64,000 nucleotides of DNA, taken from NCBI GenBank assembly GCA_030390025.1, contig CM059432.1, forward strand, positions 17,176,001-17,240,000. Direction: 5' to 3'. The notes beneath the pieces are model-generated. The model was given only the letters and a program-made list of their open reading frames with translations, made no database searches and was not told the DNA's origin. A program made the position numbers and the translations under genes. This DNA is from Squalus acanthias (lineage: Eukaryota). Positions 23,929-37,732 of the stretch are shown in pieces. The stretch's first letter is position 1. Each line of letters begins with the position of its first letter.

Positions 23929-24564
23929 GTAATATAATAACTCCAATTTCAAGTTTATTTAATGATTGGAAAATGGATAGTGCATGGTAATATTATTTCT
24001 CAGTAACGCAGCGAGTCCAAGCTATTTCAGCCCATGTTCCTCAATACTACCTTGTTGAATCGTACTCCGAGCCTCTGTTGTCAAACATAAATGTCCCAAC
24101 TTCTTTCCTCAGTTGTTACTAACCAAGACTGGCATGTGGTGGTTAGGCTGAGGTTCCTCGATACTCAGACACCTGACCAGTATTAGTAAGAACTGCAGTT
24201 ATGGAGTTGGTACTTCTAATCCACTAATTACAGGTTCAGTGTTTGTTTACAGTCTCATTTTGTGATGAAAATAATTATCAAACACACTTGACTTTTGTAA
24301 AAACAAATTAAGAAATAATATTGTTAAACTAATAGTAACAGGTTTGTTTTCCACAGGTTCTTACTTTTAGTAAATATTGGCTGTAATATGTGTAGTTGTG
24401 TTTTAAATTTTTCAATTTAATTTAATTTTTAATGGATATGCTTAAGTAGATGATGAAAGGAATATTTGCTAGGTTCTGCCATTGCAATTTTTTAATGATT
24501 TTAATTTATTTGTCCGTTCTTTCAGAAAGTTGTTTCATACAGAGTACATGCTATAGTACACTGT

Positions 24565-26600
24565 ACGTGTCTTCCTCTAGTTTCTCTCCTATCTCCCCAT
24601 ACGCCCTCCTTGAGCTCATTCTGTCTGAGACCCATCACCTGTTCCCTTGACCCCATTCTCTATAAACTGCTGACCGCCCATCTTCCCTTTCTGGCCCCCA
24701 CGCTAGCTGACATTGTAAATGGTTCCCTCTGCTTAGGTACTGTCCCCCTGCAATCAAAAAGCCATAATCATTCCCCTCCTCAAAAAACCCAACCTTGACC
24801 TCTCACTCCTTGCAAATTACCACCCCATCTACAACCTTCCTTTCCTTCCAAAGTCCTTGAACGTATTGTTGCTTTCCAAATTTGTGCCCAATTTTCCCAC
24901 GTTTCACTGTTTGAATCTCTCCAATCAGGTTTGTACCACAGTCACAGCAAAGAATCAGCCTTACTGAACATCACGAATAATAGCCTCTGTGCATTTTACC
25001 TCCTCGACCTCTGCAGCTTTTGACACCGTCGACTACACCATCCTCCTCCAATGTCTGTCCTCTGTTGTCCAGTTCAGTGGGACTGACCTTGTTTTGTTCC
25101 ATTCTTATCTATCCAATCATCACCAGAGCATCTCCAGCAATGGCTTCTCTTCCCGTTCCCGCACTCTTACCTCCTGGAGTCACCCTAAGGATATATCTTC
25201 CGCCCTCTCCTCTTCCTCATCTGTATGCTGCCTCTTGGTGACAATATTCGAAGACATGGGTCAGCTTCCACATGCATGCTGACGACATCAGCTCTACCTC
25301 TCTACCACTTCACTTCACCCCTCCACTGCCTCTGTGCTATCAGATTACTTGTCCGACAGCCAGTCCAGAATGAGCTGTAGTTTCCTTCAGTTAAACATTT
25401 GGAAGACCAAATCCATTGTCTTCGATCCACGCCACAAACTCCATTGATTACATACCTCACCATAGCCACTGTGTCAGGTTGAACTACCTCAGCATCCCAT
25501 TCGATCCCAAGCTGAGCTTTTGACCTCCTATCTTTTCCATTACAATGAGCATAGGAAAAGGCCATTTAGCCCCTCGGGCCATTCAATTAGATCATGGCTG
25601 ATCTGTACTTCAACTCCATTTACCCGCCTTTCATCCATATCCCTTGATGCCCTTACTGAACAAAAATCTATCTATCTCAGTCTTGAAAGTTTCAATTGAC
25701 CAAGCATCCACAGCCTTTTGGGAAAGTATGTTTCAGATTTCTACCATCCTTCTATGTGAAGAAATGCTTCCTGATTTCACTCCTGAATGGCCTGGCTCTA
25801 ATTTTAAGATTATGCTCCCTTGTTCTGGATTTCCCTATCAGAGGAAATAGTTTCTCTTTATCTACCCTATCAAAACATGTCAATTAGGACACACCTCACA
25901 AACTTCTAAACTCGAGGGAATACAAGCCAAGTTTATGTAACCTGCCCTCGTAATTTAACCTTTAACCCCCTGTATCATTCCGATGAAGCTGCGCTGCACC
26001 CTCTCCAAGGGGGTGTCTACTTCCACCTCCATAACATCTTCTGTCTCTCCCCTTGCCTCAACTCATCTGCTGCAGAAATTCTCATCCACCACAAAAAAGG
26101 AGCCTGGCTTAAACAGCTGCCTTTAAATAAACATTAAACTTTTAAATAGCTGTTGCATCACCAGATATCCTGCCCTAAATTTGCAAGACACCTCATACTG
26201 GTCAATTTATGTTCTGAATATCTAAGTAGGACTGACCCCAGAAGATACATCAGGATCCTAGAGATGCAAAACCTGCATCACAACGTGCCAGCCCCATCTG
26301 CAATCATCACGAAAGATTTACACCTATATCTCTCTCTTTGTGTCGCTCTTCTACCCTTTTCCTGTCAGTAAACTTGAGCTCATCCAAAACTCTGCTACCC
26401 GTATCTTAACTCACACCAAGTCCATTTACCCATCACCCTTGTACTCGCTGACCTACATTGGCTCCCGGTCTGGCAACACCTTAATTTTTAAAATTCTGAT
26501 CCTTGTTTTCAAATCCCTTCATGGCCTTGCCCCTCCCTATCTTTTTCACCTCCTCCAGCCCTACAACTCTGAGAACGCTGCGTTCCTCCAACTTGTACAT
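24565..26600 (+). mobile_element. Degenerate L2 LINE with a nested minus-strand CR1 3' fragment (~25545-26010)
   Basis: SAAFDTVDY and KLELIQNSATRILT..FKILILVFKSLHGLAPPYL; the nested piece carries the CR1 3' UTR on -. Confidence 0.72.
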
Positions 26601-26723
26601 GCAAGTTGTTGTTGTGTTGGTAAGGTTACATTTGCCTCCAGCCCTACAACTCTGAGAACTCTGCGTTCCTCCAACATGTACATGCAAGTTGCCGTTGTGT
26701 TGGTAAGGTTACATTTGCCTCCA
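26552..26723. repeat. 83-bp tandem duplication (2 copies)
   Basis: CCTCCAGCCCTACAACTCTGAGAAC...GGTAAGGTTACATTTG at 26552 and 26635. Confidence 0.9.
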
Positions 26724-27201
26724 TGCCAAACCAGAGGTTTTCTGATTGGTCTTTTACCAGCAAAAAAGTGCCTCCCAACATTGTTTTAAGGTGGGCCTTG
26801 TGGGAGTCAAAATATCATCTGTTGGATACCACATGTTTATCCCAGTCTAGCAGGGTTATTACAATGTTTTTTTCCCCCCCCCATAGTTTGGAAAGAAATG
26901 TGTTTAACTGTATTAGATTTCCTTGACTTGCGTGGGAATAGGTTTCTTTTCTCTGGTCCCAAATAAAATAAAATAGAGTTGTTGTAGGATGAGGTAGTTG
27001 ATCATGCTTTTCAGCATGGTGACATCACCAACAATGACGTCTAATGTTTTGAACGGCATAAAATCAGAATTCTTCAAAAAAGTATAGAGTTTAGGCATTG
27101 TTGATGATTTTCTGTTGGAACAGGTGTATATTTAACGTTTTGGTTGTATTCAAAGGAATGTAGGTGGCTAATACCAATATTTCTTTTTTAAATTCTTTCA
27201 G

Positions 27202-27396
27202 ATCTGGATTGGAGGCAAAGGATCAGACAAAGTCAGAGGGAAAATCTATGTGCTAGACACAGACAAATACAGTGTTGAAAAGGAACTGGTTGCTCATGTT
27301 GACATGGTTCGAGCATTGTGCTGTGCTGAAGACAGATATGTTCTTAGCGGAGCTGGCAGAGAAGATGGGAAAGTTGCCATCTGGAAAGTAGAATAA
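27202..27396 (+). CDS. DENND3: DENND3 terminal coding exon
   Basis: TTCTTTCAG| acceptor; [64 protein letters not shown] then TAA at 27394-27396; matches the DENND3 C-terminus. Confidence 0.93.
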   Translation: MWIGGKGSDKVRGKIYVLDTDKYSVEKELVAHVDMVRALCCAEDRYVLSGAGREDGKVAIWKVE

Positions 27397-29500
27397 TTTA
27401 TTTTCTTTGTGTGCACTTTACCCCAATGATGCTATAGTGTCGAACTTTTTTCATCAAAGGGGTGCATAAGATAGCATGCAATGTCCTGTACTTACGTGCA
27501 GCTGTTAAATAATGTTTGTTTCTCGAAGCGTGTCACAAACCCCTTTTTAAAAACTGTACAAGAATTACTTATTGCTTATAACATTGACAGCTGTTTGTTT
27601 TGCTTTATCTGCTTCATTTTTGAAAATATTTTTAGTTAAACATTCCTCTTTATATAGAGTGATCAAGAATCTATACTAATGCAGAGTAGTCTTGGCTCCA
27701 GAGAGGTGAAACATTTGATAATATGAATTTTTCGCTTTGATTCCATATAAACAGTACAAAATACCTGTTGAAATTAAATAGTAGATACAAAGACATATTT
27801 AAACTTGTGCTATAGTGGAATGTCCTGGGCAGCCTTGAAAAATAATGTTTCTAATTGTGCAATTGACCATAACTTATTTGCTATTTTGTCACTTGACTTA
27901 TCCATCAAATTGCACATGACTATTGCCTACTTTTTCACATATCAGATTAACCAACAAAATAGTAACTAGCTTGCCAAATATGATTGCAACATTTCTGTAT
28001 TCTGTCTGCAGTTTAAATTGTTGCTCAATCGCATTACTTTTTCCTTTAATCGAAAGAAGTTGCTAAATGGAAAAACACCATCGCAGAGCTGGAGGGAGAT
28101 TGCATTGCAACCATGTTTTAAAATGGGGTGGGGAATAACCTAAGGAAATATATAAAATGAAGTTAATTGTAATTTAAGAGCTTTACAAAGAAGCAAACTT
28201 AGCCTTGAATATTAAATGGAATATGATCAGTATATTGTGATTGATCTGCTATGTGGTCTTTTAAAAAAGAAAAGGTCTGTGGTGCTATATAAAGGAATGT
28301 ATAGGACTGGAAAAGACCATTGTGGTCCATCTGACCAATCCCTGTGTCTAGGAAATATCATACCCAAATATTATTTTCAAGTAATTTGAAAGCTGCAAAA
28401 TACAACTCTGAGCAGCTTGTGGAACTTTGAACCTTAAGCAGTGCGGGGAGGTTGTCTAAAGCCTGTGATTTTACATCACTGCCCTTCTAACTGACCATAG
28501 CATATGTTTAAATAACCTACATCTATTTGTGTAAATGTTAAAGTTCTTGATCAGTTACTAGTTCTTATTTAAATAATCTGTAATGTAGGCAAATAACACA
28601 ATACACTGTCTTACATGCATTGTATAGGTTTACTATATATATGCTGTTAATTGCAGAGTAATATTAAATTAATTTTGCATCATGAAGGTAAGAACGGCCC
28701 ATCTACCTCAGCCTTCCATAGAAAACTACAACGCTACCCTCTACCCCCCCCCCCCCCACCCCAAATCAGTAAACCTATTATAATACAGTGGTGATTATGT
28801 TTGTTTGAAGGTGCAACATCATAAGGGTTCATCATGAACCTATTCTATAAAAGTGAACCCTGAGCGGTTTGTGAATGCCATCTGAACCCCAGGAACTGTT
28901 AAGTAACCCCCAATTGTGTTGGAGCGTACAGTTGTTGAGATACTGTCAGATTCACCATTATCTGCCATGACCACCTAAGTTATCACCATGTCATAGATGG
29001 GCAGGTACTGCAGTATCCTGATAGGAAGATGCCCATGCTACAAGAATATTTCTGCTAATTTGTTACCGAAGACTCTTAATGCTATCTAGAGGCTATTCCA
29101 ACAGTGGTTATTTCCCAAATGTGGAAATTCAGTAGTTCATAATCAGTGCAGGCTTGAGTAAATTCTAAGACGTTTCTTCGGCGTAAAAACCAGTGATGTA
29201 TTGTTATGTGAAATAATTCTGTCCATTATAATTTAGAAGAGGAAACTAATGGGAAATCTTTTTGTTTTACTGAGAGATTTACAAAACGATTAATATTTAT
29301 GATTCCCACAGCGATGAAGTTTTTGGGTCTGTTTTGACATTAATGTTTATCTCCTTATCGTGCGCACAGGGATGCTGCTGTTTGTGAGGCGAGCAGTGAA
29401 CGAACAGTGCAGGACGTGGTGGGATAATTGATTATCACGCCTGTAAAATAGATAGTTTTATTGCTGTAACAAATAAAAGTATTATGTGTATTACATTTAT
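27397..29500 (+). other. Probable DENND3 3' UTR with candidate poly(A) signal AATAAA at 29472-29477
   Basis: AT-rich stretch after the stop codon with no recognisable repeats; AATAAA followed by GT/T-rich sequence. The true end cannot be fixed without transcripts. Confidence 0.45.
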
Positions 29501-30017
29501 CAATGACCAAGTGCAAATATCAATATTTAACTTCTTTTAATTATCTGTTAAAGCAATATAATTAACCCAGCTTAAAATGGCTTTCTTAGTAGCATTCTGG
29601 TAATTAAAAAAAAAATTATTAAAATGTAAATATAGTTCCTGGGTTGATTTGGCCAAATAACTTTTGGGTAACAAGTCAGTAAAGGTAACTATTTTAATTA
29701 TGAAAATGTTTTAATCAGTCAAAGATTTTATTTCCAGTAATTTAATTAATAAAAATAAATTTAATGCTTGGATTGATAGTTGAATCGTGATAGAAACTAT
29801 CCATATAACATTTTACCCATGGAGCGAGTGAGCCCTTCTTATTGAGGTGATTACTGCAGATGTCTTATTACTAAATACAGTATAGCATTTCAGACAGTTA
29901 AGCTGTGGCAGAATTTTTTTTAACTATCATTCACAGTAAGTCTAAGTAACACAAATGGCCTTTTAAAACAAGCAATATTTAGTAGGCATGATCAAAACCA
30001 AAAGAAGACACTTCGTG

Positions 30018-30683
30018 CAGTGTTTCTCAAACTGAGGTCTGGGGGCCCGTAGAGACTTTCCAAGGTGCCCACGGCCGGAGGTAATTTCAATCCTGCTCCT
30101 CTTTATAAAACCAACACTAATTCAGTTCTTGCAAATTATTCTCAACGGCTGGGCCCGCCTCCTCACAGAGGCCCACAGCTCTCACTCACTTTGGAACGAG
30201 AATCCCCTGCCGGTCGAGCTGATTCCTCTCCCTGGCACTGCAGCCCTGTGCCATCCTCCCGACACGTGATCGGGAGCGCCTGCGGGGCCCTCCAAACAAG
30301 TGCCTGAACTTGTTCGCGTAAACACGTACAAGCCCACATTGCAGCTGTTACAGAACATGCCAGTGGGACAGTGTGGCGGTGAGTCGTGCTTCCAGCAGCA
30401 TCCCAGCATGTGCGTGGGTCCTCGTGCCCTCACTCACCTTGGCCAGCCTGCTGACGGCTTTAAAAATTGTCCAGCACTCAGTGGCTAATAGTGGCTGCGG
30501 AGTGCCCAGAATTGGTGTGAGAAGCAGGCACACCCATCTTTAAGTAACTACCTGTTTCCTTAAAAGCATTATTGAAACACTCTTTCATATTATGAGTATT
30601 ATAATTTAGATGGGGGGGGGGGTCTATGATTACTAATCGATTTGAAAAAGAGTCCTTCAACCAAAAAAGTTTGAGAACCACTG
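30018..30683. mobile_element. hAT (Charlie-like) non-autonomous DNA transposon
   Basis: TIR CAGTGTTTCTCAAACT / CAGTGGTTCTCAAACT; 8-bp TSD ACTTCGTG / ACTTAGTG (1 mismatch). Confidence 0.88.
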
Positions 30684-31552
30684 ACTTAGTGTTCAGTGGG
30701 GCATATAAAATATGTTTAAACTGCTGAAAACTGGTAGTGTTTTGTTTTCCCAACAGTTAAATTGAAATAGTTATTATGTTAAATCAGAATTTGATGCATT
30801 GTACACTAAAGTTGATTATTTCTATAATATATCACATCCTTAATGCAGCACAACAGCTATATTTCATATACTTTTATACAGTTACTTATTTCTCAGGTGG
30901 TGTAACAAATTTTAATAAATGCCATTTTTTTTTAAAACTGTGCAGATTTCTATTTTTTTTATATATTCCCTTCAGAAAACAATGTTTGCGAGTGAATTTC
31001 TGGTATATCAGCAATGACGTTGTGAAGAATCCCAAGTGAGATGGTTTTGGTTGATCTGAAGCCCTAATGTTCACTTTTAGTGAAATGTTAATTTTTCACT
31101 AAAAAAATCTCAAGGCTTGAATTACTTGACTAGCAAAAAAATCTCATGCTACTTGAGCCAAAGTTCAAAGAAATATCGTGTTTTAAAAAAAATGCTGAAT
31201 TATAGTTTGGAGAGCTGGGCTGATGTTTGACAGATGTAATTTAATGTGGACAAATACAAATTCATGAGATTGAGAAGGGATAATAAACAGTGGTAACATA
31301 GGAACAGGAGACCTTGAGCCGGTAACATAGGAACAGGAGACCTTGAGCCAGTTCCACCATTCAATTAGCTCATGGCTGATCTGCACCTCAACTCCATTTA
31401 CTCATCTTCGCTCCATATCCCTTGATACCCTTACCTAATAAAAAATTGTTGACATTTTTAATTGACCCAGCATCTATAGCCTTTTGGGATAAGAGAGTTC
31501 AAGGTTTACACTGCCTTTTCAGGAAAAATGTTTCCTGATTTCACTCTTGAAT

Positions 31553-32025
31553 GTGGCTCAGTGGGTAGCACTCTTTCCTCTGAGTCAGAAGGTTGTGGGT
31601 TCAAGTCCCAGTCCAGAGACTTGAGCAAAAAAATCTAGGCTGACACTCCAGTGCAGTACTGAGGGAGTGCTGCACTGTCAGAGGTGTTGTCTTTCGGATG
31701 AGACATTAAAACCGAGGCCCCATCTGTTCTCTCAGATGGACGTATGATCCAATGACACTATTTCGAAGAAGAGCAGGGGAGTTATCCCCAGTGTCCTAGC
31801 CAATATTTATCCCTCAATCAACACCTAAAAAAAACCCCCAGATTATCTGGTCATTATCACATTGCTGTTTGTGGGAGCTTGCTGTGTGCAAATTGGCTGC
31901 CGCGTTTCCTACATTACAGCAGTGGCTGCACTTCAAAAGTACTTCATAGGCTGTAAAGCGCTTTGGGACGTCCGGTGGTTGTGAAAGGCGCTATAGAAAT
32001 GCAAGTCTTTTTCTTTTTTTTTCCT
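31553..32025 (+). mobile_element. DeuSINE (SacSINE1-like)
   Basis: Same head, Deu domain and tail as 11825-12281. Confidence 0.85.
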
Positions 32026-32054
32026 TTCTGAATGGCCTAGCTCTAATAAAATTC

Positions 32055-32256
32055 GATAGCAAAATACTGCGGATGCTGGAAATCCGAAATAACAACAGAA
32101 AACGCTGGAAAAACTCAGCAGGCCAGGCAGCATCCGTGGAGAGAGAAAGAGAGTTAACGTTTCAGGTCGATGGTCATCGACCTGAAACGTTAACTCTCTT
32201 TCTCTCTCCACGGATGCTGCCTGGCCTGCTGATTTTTTCCAGCGTTTTCTGTTATT
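32055..32256. mobile_element. Near-perfect fold-back PLE terminal-repeat element
   Basis: About 80-bp arms around a GT spacer at 32173-74; 13-bp TSD TCTAATAAAATTC (32042-54, 32257-69). Confidence 0.88.
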
Positions 32257-33439
32257 TCTAATAAAATTCTGCCCACTTCTTTTGCATTCCCCACCAGAGG
32301 AACTAGTTTCTATCTACTCTTATCAAATCACTTTATTTTAAACACCTCCAATTAGATCGCGCCTCCACCTTCTAAACTTGAGGAAATACAAGCCAAGTTT
32401 ATACTGTCCACATAATTTAACCCTTTAAGCCCCAGTATCGTTCTGGCGAATCTGCCAGGTGAATATATTCTTCCTGCAGTGCGGTGCCCAAAACTGAACA
32501 CAGTAATCTGGAGGGATAGAACACCAATCTCGGAAGTGATTCTCAACTGTTGTTTTGCTGCCTGTGGAACTGCTGCTTGACAACACAACCATTTATAAAA
32601 TGGGAAAAAAAAAGTGCTGGAGATCTGAACTAAAACCAGAAAATGCTTGAATTGTGCAACATTTTAAAGCGAACTGATGAATCTTTCTCGAGAACTACTG
32701 TGCTTCCAACTGCAACCACATTCCAGAGACCAAGTTTTTAATTTTGGTTATACTTTTTGCAGGATTGACTTTTTATGAGAACTTGGTAAGGTTTCCTGTC
32801 TGATGCCATTGCCTTAATCAAGTTTAAAACATTTTTTTTTACATTTTTAACAGGACAATCCTGTCTGGGATTGCCCATTTTTGAGGGGTTTTTTGTGTGA
32901 ACAGTCTGAAGATATAAAATGCAGTGTATGAATTTTTTCTTTTATAAAAATTGTTTTTCAAAAATGTTAAGTTTAAGTAATGTTTATTCTGATAATTGTT
33001 AAGTAATTGTCAGGTTCTCTGTTTCAACTCCCAACAATGCAGTCTACACTCGAGAGGCACCCTGGTTTATGAGCCCAACTCCTGATGTGGAAGCTTGAAT
33101 ACACAACCTTCTGACCTACAAAAGTGATGAGCTGACATGCTGTGAGGGCTGACCAGCTATTTTATTCTAGGGGATGTTGCAGCTTAACCCAATTCTCTCT
33201 TCACTTGATGTCCACAGAGCCTAGATCAAATCAGGGACTTTTGTGATCCATATGTACTGTTTAGCTCTGCACTACAACAGGAGGTGCACTTTGCCACTTC
33301 GCCACTGGGGGGAGACATGATTGCACTGATTCTTTGTAACAATAGTGTCAGAACCCTCACACATTCTTTCTCTCATGTTTTTTTACTGGTTGAATATAGC
33401 TTTCTCTCCTGCATTTACAAATTTTATGTACTTGCTGTA

Positions 33440-33915
33440 GCAGAGTAGAAATAAAGGGAGTGTTCTTTGATTGGCAGGATGTGACAAGTGGTGTGCCCCA
33501 GGGATCTGTACTGGGACCTCAGCTTTTCACCATATATATTAATGACTTGGATAAGAGAATATAGAGAGTTGTATATCCAAGTTTGCAGATGATACTAAGT
33601 TAGGATTCACTAAGTTGTGCAGATCGGAGCAGGAAGTGAGTGGGCAAAACTATCGCAGATGGTGTTAAATGTGGCAAAATGTGAGGTCATCCATTCTGTA
33701 TCCAAGAAAAAAAAATCAGAATATTTTCTTAATGGTGAGAGACTAGGAGCAACAAAGGAATTTAGGTGTCCCTGTACTCAAACCTCGTACCAAAAGTAAT
33801 CAAAAAGGTTAATGGAATTTTTGCCTTTATGTCAAGGGGGGGTTTTAATTCAAAAGTGAGGAAGTGATGCTCAGTCGTACAGAACCTTGGTCAGACCCCC
33901 ATCTGGAGCACTGTC
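33440..33915 (+). mobile_element. Degenerate CR1 RT fragment
   Basis: [38 protein letters not shown]. Confidence 0.8.
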
Positions 33916-34149
33916 TCACTCTTGGTGACAAGGAAGTCCATGCGCTTCTTGCACTTGTTGTAGTGGGTAGGGAAAAGGGGTTTAAGGAGATGGCTGCCAG
34001 TAGAGAAAATAAGCCAGGGGTTATCTTTTGCTTTCCACAATGATCCAGGAGTGGGTGGTTTTGACAGAAGGGAGTGCGACCCGATATTGCTTGATGTGGT
34101 CCAGCCAGATCTAGTGGTGGATGGCTAAACATGTTGTGTATCAGATATG

Positions 34150-34479
34150 CTCAAATCTTGCACAATAGAAGATAGGGGCCACAAACAGCAATGTGATAAT
34201 GACCAGATAATCTGTTTTTGTTATGTTGGTTGAGGGATAAATATTGGCCAGGACACCGGGGATAACGCCCCGCCCGCTCCGCTCTCGCGCTTCGAAATAG
34301 TGCCTTGGGCTCTTTTACGGGGCCTCGGTTTAATGTCTCATCCGACATTGCAGCACTCCCTTGGCACTGTACTGGAGTGTCAGCCTTGATTTTTATGCTC
34401 CAGCCCCTGGAGTGGGACTTGAACCCACAACCTTCTGACTCAGAGGCGAGAGTGCTACCCACTGAGCCACAGCTGACAC
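34150..34479 (-). mobile_element. DeuSINE with internal deletions
   Basis: Reverse complement of the head and Deu domain. Confidence 0.82.
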
Positions 34480-35304
34480 AAAGGAGGTAAGGGAGTGGTT
34501 GAGCAAATTGACAGTTGCAGAAGTATCAAGGCAAATGGAGGGCTAGGCGGCTGGGAGTTTGAAAGTGTGACTGTAGAACTGTGCACCTGGTCTCTGTTAT
34601 ACTTGATCTGGGTGTGTTTGATGGGTGATGCTGTGGAATATTTTTTCCACATTGTGAATTTCTGCTGATGGCAGTGCCTGGCCATCTGTACTACTCCCTG
34701 CCTGCACTGGGCACCTCCTCACAAAGCCAAGCTGCTAGAGCACAGAAGCAGTGGGTATCTTTGAGGCTCTTGAGATAGCAAGAGACTGGGCTTCACATTC
34801 CTCTCCCTAGCACCTGGAGAATGCTAATTGCACAGAGGAAAAGGGGATGAAAATCTATTGTCAGCTCTCCACCCTATAGAAATTAACCAGAATTCCATTC
34901 GTAAATGGAATCTCCATAATTATATTGGGAATCCTCCTTTCTGATCGGAGGACCTGGCCCACGTAAGCCCAGAGGCGCTGCTGAACCGCCTGGGATCCGT
35001 GGACCTTTTACGCAGGCAGACGCCTGCAGGCCCAGGACCCAAAGTCTCTGAAGCCTGGAGGTAGGTCGGATTTATTTATTTTTAAAAATCGGGTTGGAGG
35101 CACACCTCTGACCGCAAATTCCAGCCCATTGTCTCCTTGGGAAAGCACAATGAGATTCTGCTGTTGTCTTCAGGATGCTATGGTTTTTATACAACTTGGG
35201 GACAGATGATCAGAGCTGCACTTGAGGTTAGAGCTAGTAACAGCTCTTTAAAAAGGAACAGTTTGAAACTTTCCCAGTCAATCTAAACCAAATGTAAATG
35301 GCAG

Positions 35305-35500
35305 AAGAATGGAAAATGCTGGAAATACTCCGGTCAGGCAGCATCTGTGGAGAGAGAAACAGTTAATGTTTCAGGTCAATGACCTTTCATCAGGACTGAA
35401 AAAAATTGGAGATTTAACAGTTTTCGTTAACTCTGTTTCTCTCTCCACAGATGCTGCCTGACCTGAGTATTTCCAACATCCGCAGTATTTTGCTTTTGCG
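35305..35500. mobile_element. Fold-back PLE terminal-repeat element
   Basis: Inverted arms as at 17056 and 32055. Confidence 0.8.
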
Positions 35501-35529
35501 GGTGCAGTCGCCTCCCTAATCAGTGCCCA

Positions 35530-36205
35530 TCTTTCCCGCAACTCCATGTTTGAACCCCTCCAATCAGGTTTCTGCCCCTACCACAGTACCGAAACAGCTC
35601 GCGGCAGTCACAAATTACATCCTTGACTGGATGAGCAGAAACATTGTTTTCCGTCCCCGCCACAAACTCTGTTCCCTAGCCACTGACGCCATCCCTCTCC
35701 CTAACTGAAGCTGAACCACAGTTTGCAACCTTGGTGTTATATCTGACCCTGAAATGAACTTCCGTGGCATAACTAAGATCGCCCATCTCCGCCCTTGCCT
35801 CAGTTCATCCGCTGTGGAAACCCTTTGTTGCCTCATTCCAACACACTCCTGGCTGGCCTCCCACATTCTACCTACGCAAACTTGGTGATACAAAACTCGG
35901 CTGCCCATGTCCTAACTCGCACCAAGTCCCGTTCACCTATCACCCCGTGCGACATTGGCTCCCGGTTAAGCAATGCCTCGATTTCAAAATTCTCATCCCC
36001 CATGGCCTCGCCCCCTCCCTATCGCTGTAATCTCCTCCACCCACCCAAGATATCTGCACTCTTCTAATTCTGCCCTCGAGCATCCCTGACTATAATCGCT
36101 CAACCATTGATGGCTATGCCTTGTTGCCTAGGCTCGAAGCTCTGGAATTCCCTCCCTAAACCTCTCCGCCTCTTTCCTCCTTTAAGACGCTCCTTAAAAC
36201 CTTTA
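35530..36205 (+). mobile_element. Internally deleted L2 fragment
   Basis: IQNSAAHVLTRTK.RSPITP and LWNSLPKPLRL. Confidence 0.72.
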
Positions 36206-36389
36206 ACGGGGACAGAAGACAAGCCATCAAGACCACAGGCCAGGAGATGGCTCATTAATGGAGAGATAAAGATGTTCTGCCTTGCCGGAACCCATGGGAA
36301 GCCCTTTGTTAGCACAGACCTGAAGTTAGGGAGCAAATGCATGACCTGGCATTCCTCTTGTGCTGCTTCTTTACTGAGCTACAAAAAGG

Positions 36390-37732
36390 GAGTATGAAAA
36401 GAAACTTGCAAGGGATATCAAAATCAAAAGATTTTTTACAGTTACATTAGGAAAACAAGAGGGTGGTCAGGAGCAATGTTGGCCTTTTAAAAACTGGAAG
36501 TGGTGATAGTCCATGACAATGGGGAAATGATGGACATGTTGAATAATTACTTTGCATCAGTATTTACAGTAGAAGAGGATAGCATGCCGGAAATCCCCAA
36601 AACTAATATTGAATCAGGGACAGGGACTCTATAAAATTAACCTAAGTAAATTAACAATAATGAAGAAAATAATGGCACTAAAGAATGACAAAACCCCAGG
36701 GCCAGATGGTTTCCATCCCAGGGTTTTAAAGGAAGTAGGTGAGCACATTGGAAGATTATAGTTAGGGCATCTGCAAAGTTCTCGATTTCAGGAACCGTTC
36801 CTTAGATTGGAAAAAGGTGGAGTAACATGCGCAATTTAAGAATGGCGAGGGGGAAACCAGGGAATTATAAACCAGTTAGCTGAACATCTGTTGTCGGGAA
36901 ATTGTAGAGTCTATAATTAAGGATAGGGTGACTGAACACCTCAAATTCAGTTGATCAGAGAGCCAGCATGGATTTGTGAAAGGTAGGTTATGCCTGACAA
37001 ACCTGATTGAATTTTTTGAAGAGGTGACTAAAGTAGTGGACAGGGGAATGCCTATGGATGTTATTTATATGGATTTCCAGAAGGCATTTGATAAAGTCCC
37101 ATATAAAAGAGACTTATCAAAGATAGTAGCCCACAGAATTGAGGACAAATTATTGACCTGGTTAGGAAATTGGCTGAGTGGCAGGAGACAGTAGGGATAA
37201 TGGGTAGGTACTCAAATTGGCAGGAGGTGACTAGTGGTGACTTGCAAGGATCTGTATGGGGCCTCAACTATTCACAATATTTATTAACGACTTAGAGGAC
37301 AAAGTCACATATCCAAATTTGCCAATAACAGAAAAGATAGGCAGCATTGGAGGTAGTGTAGATGAAAGCATAAAATTACAAAGGGATATTGATAGATTAA
37401 GTGAATGGGCAAAACTGGTAAATGGATTTCAATGCAAGCAAATATGAGGTCATCCACTTTGGACCTAAAAAGGATAGAACAGGGCAAGTTCTAAATGGTG
37501 AAAAGCTAAAAACAGTGGAAGTCCAAAGAGACTTGGGGGTTCAGGTACAGAAAATAATCAAAAAGGCTAATGGAATGCTGGCCTTTATATCTAGAGGACT
37601 AGAGTACAAGGGGGTAGAAGTTATGCTGCAGCTATACAAAACCCTGGTTAGACCACATCTGGAGTACTGTGAGCAGTTCTGGGTACCACACCTGAGGAAG
37701 GATATGTTGACCTTGGAGGGAGTGCAGTGTAG
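36390..37732 (+). mobile_element. Degenerate CR1 LINE ORF2 fragment
   Basis: CLTNLIEFFEEVT, YMDFQKAFDKVP, LYKTLVRPHLEYCEQFW. Confidence 0.9.

Larger units (their letters stand above)
31292..32510 (-). mobile_element. CR1 3' fragment hosting a DeuSINE and a PLE hairpin
   Basis: CR1 3' UTR on - at 31292-31552 resumes at ~32028 and ~32270; 29-bp tandem duplication at 31292-31349. Confidence 0.7.
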
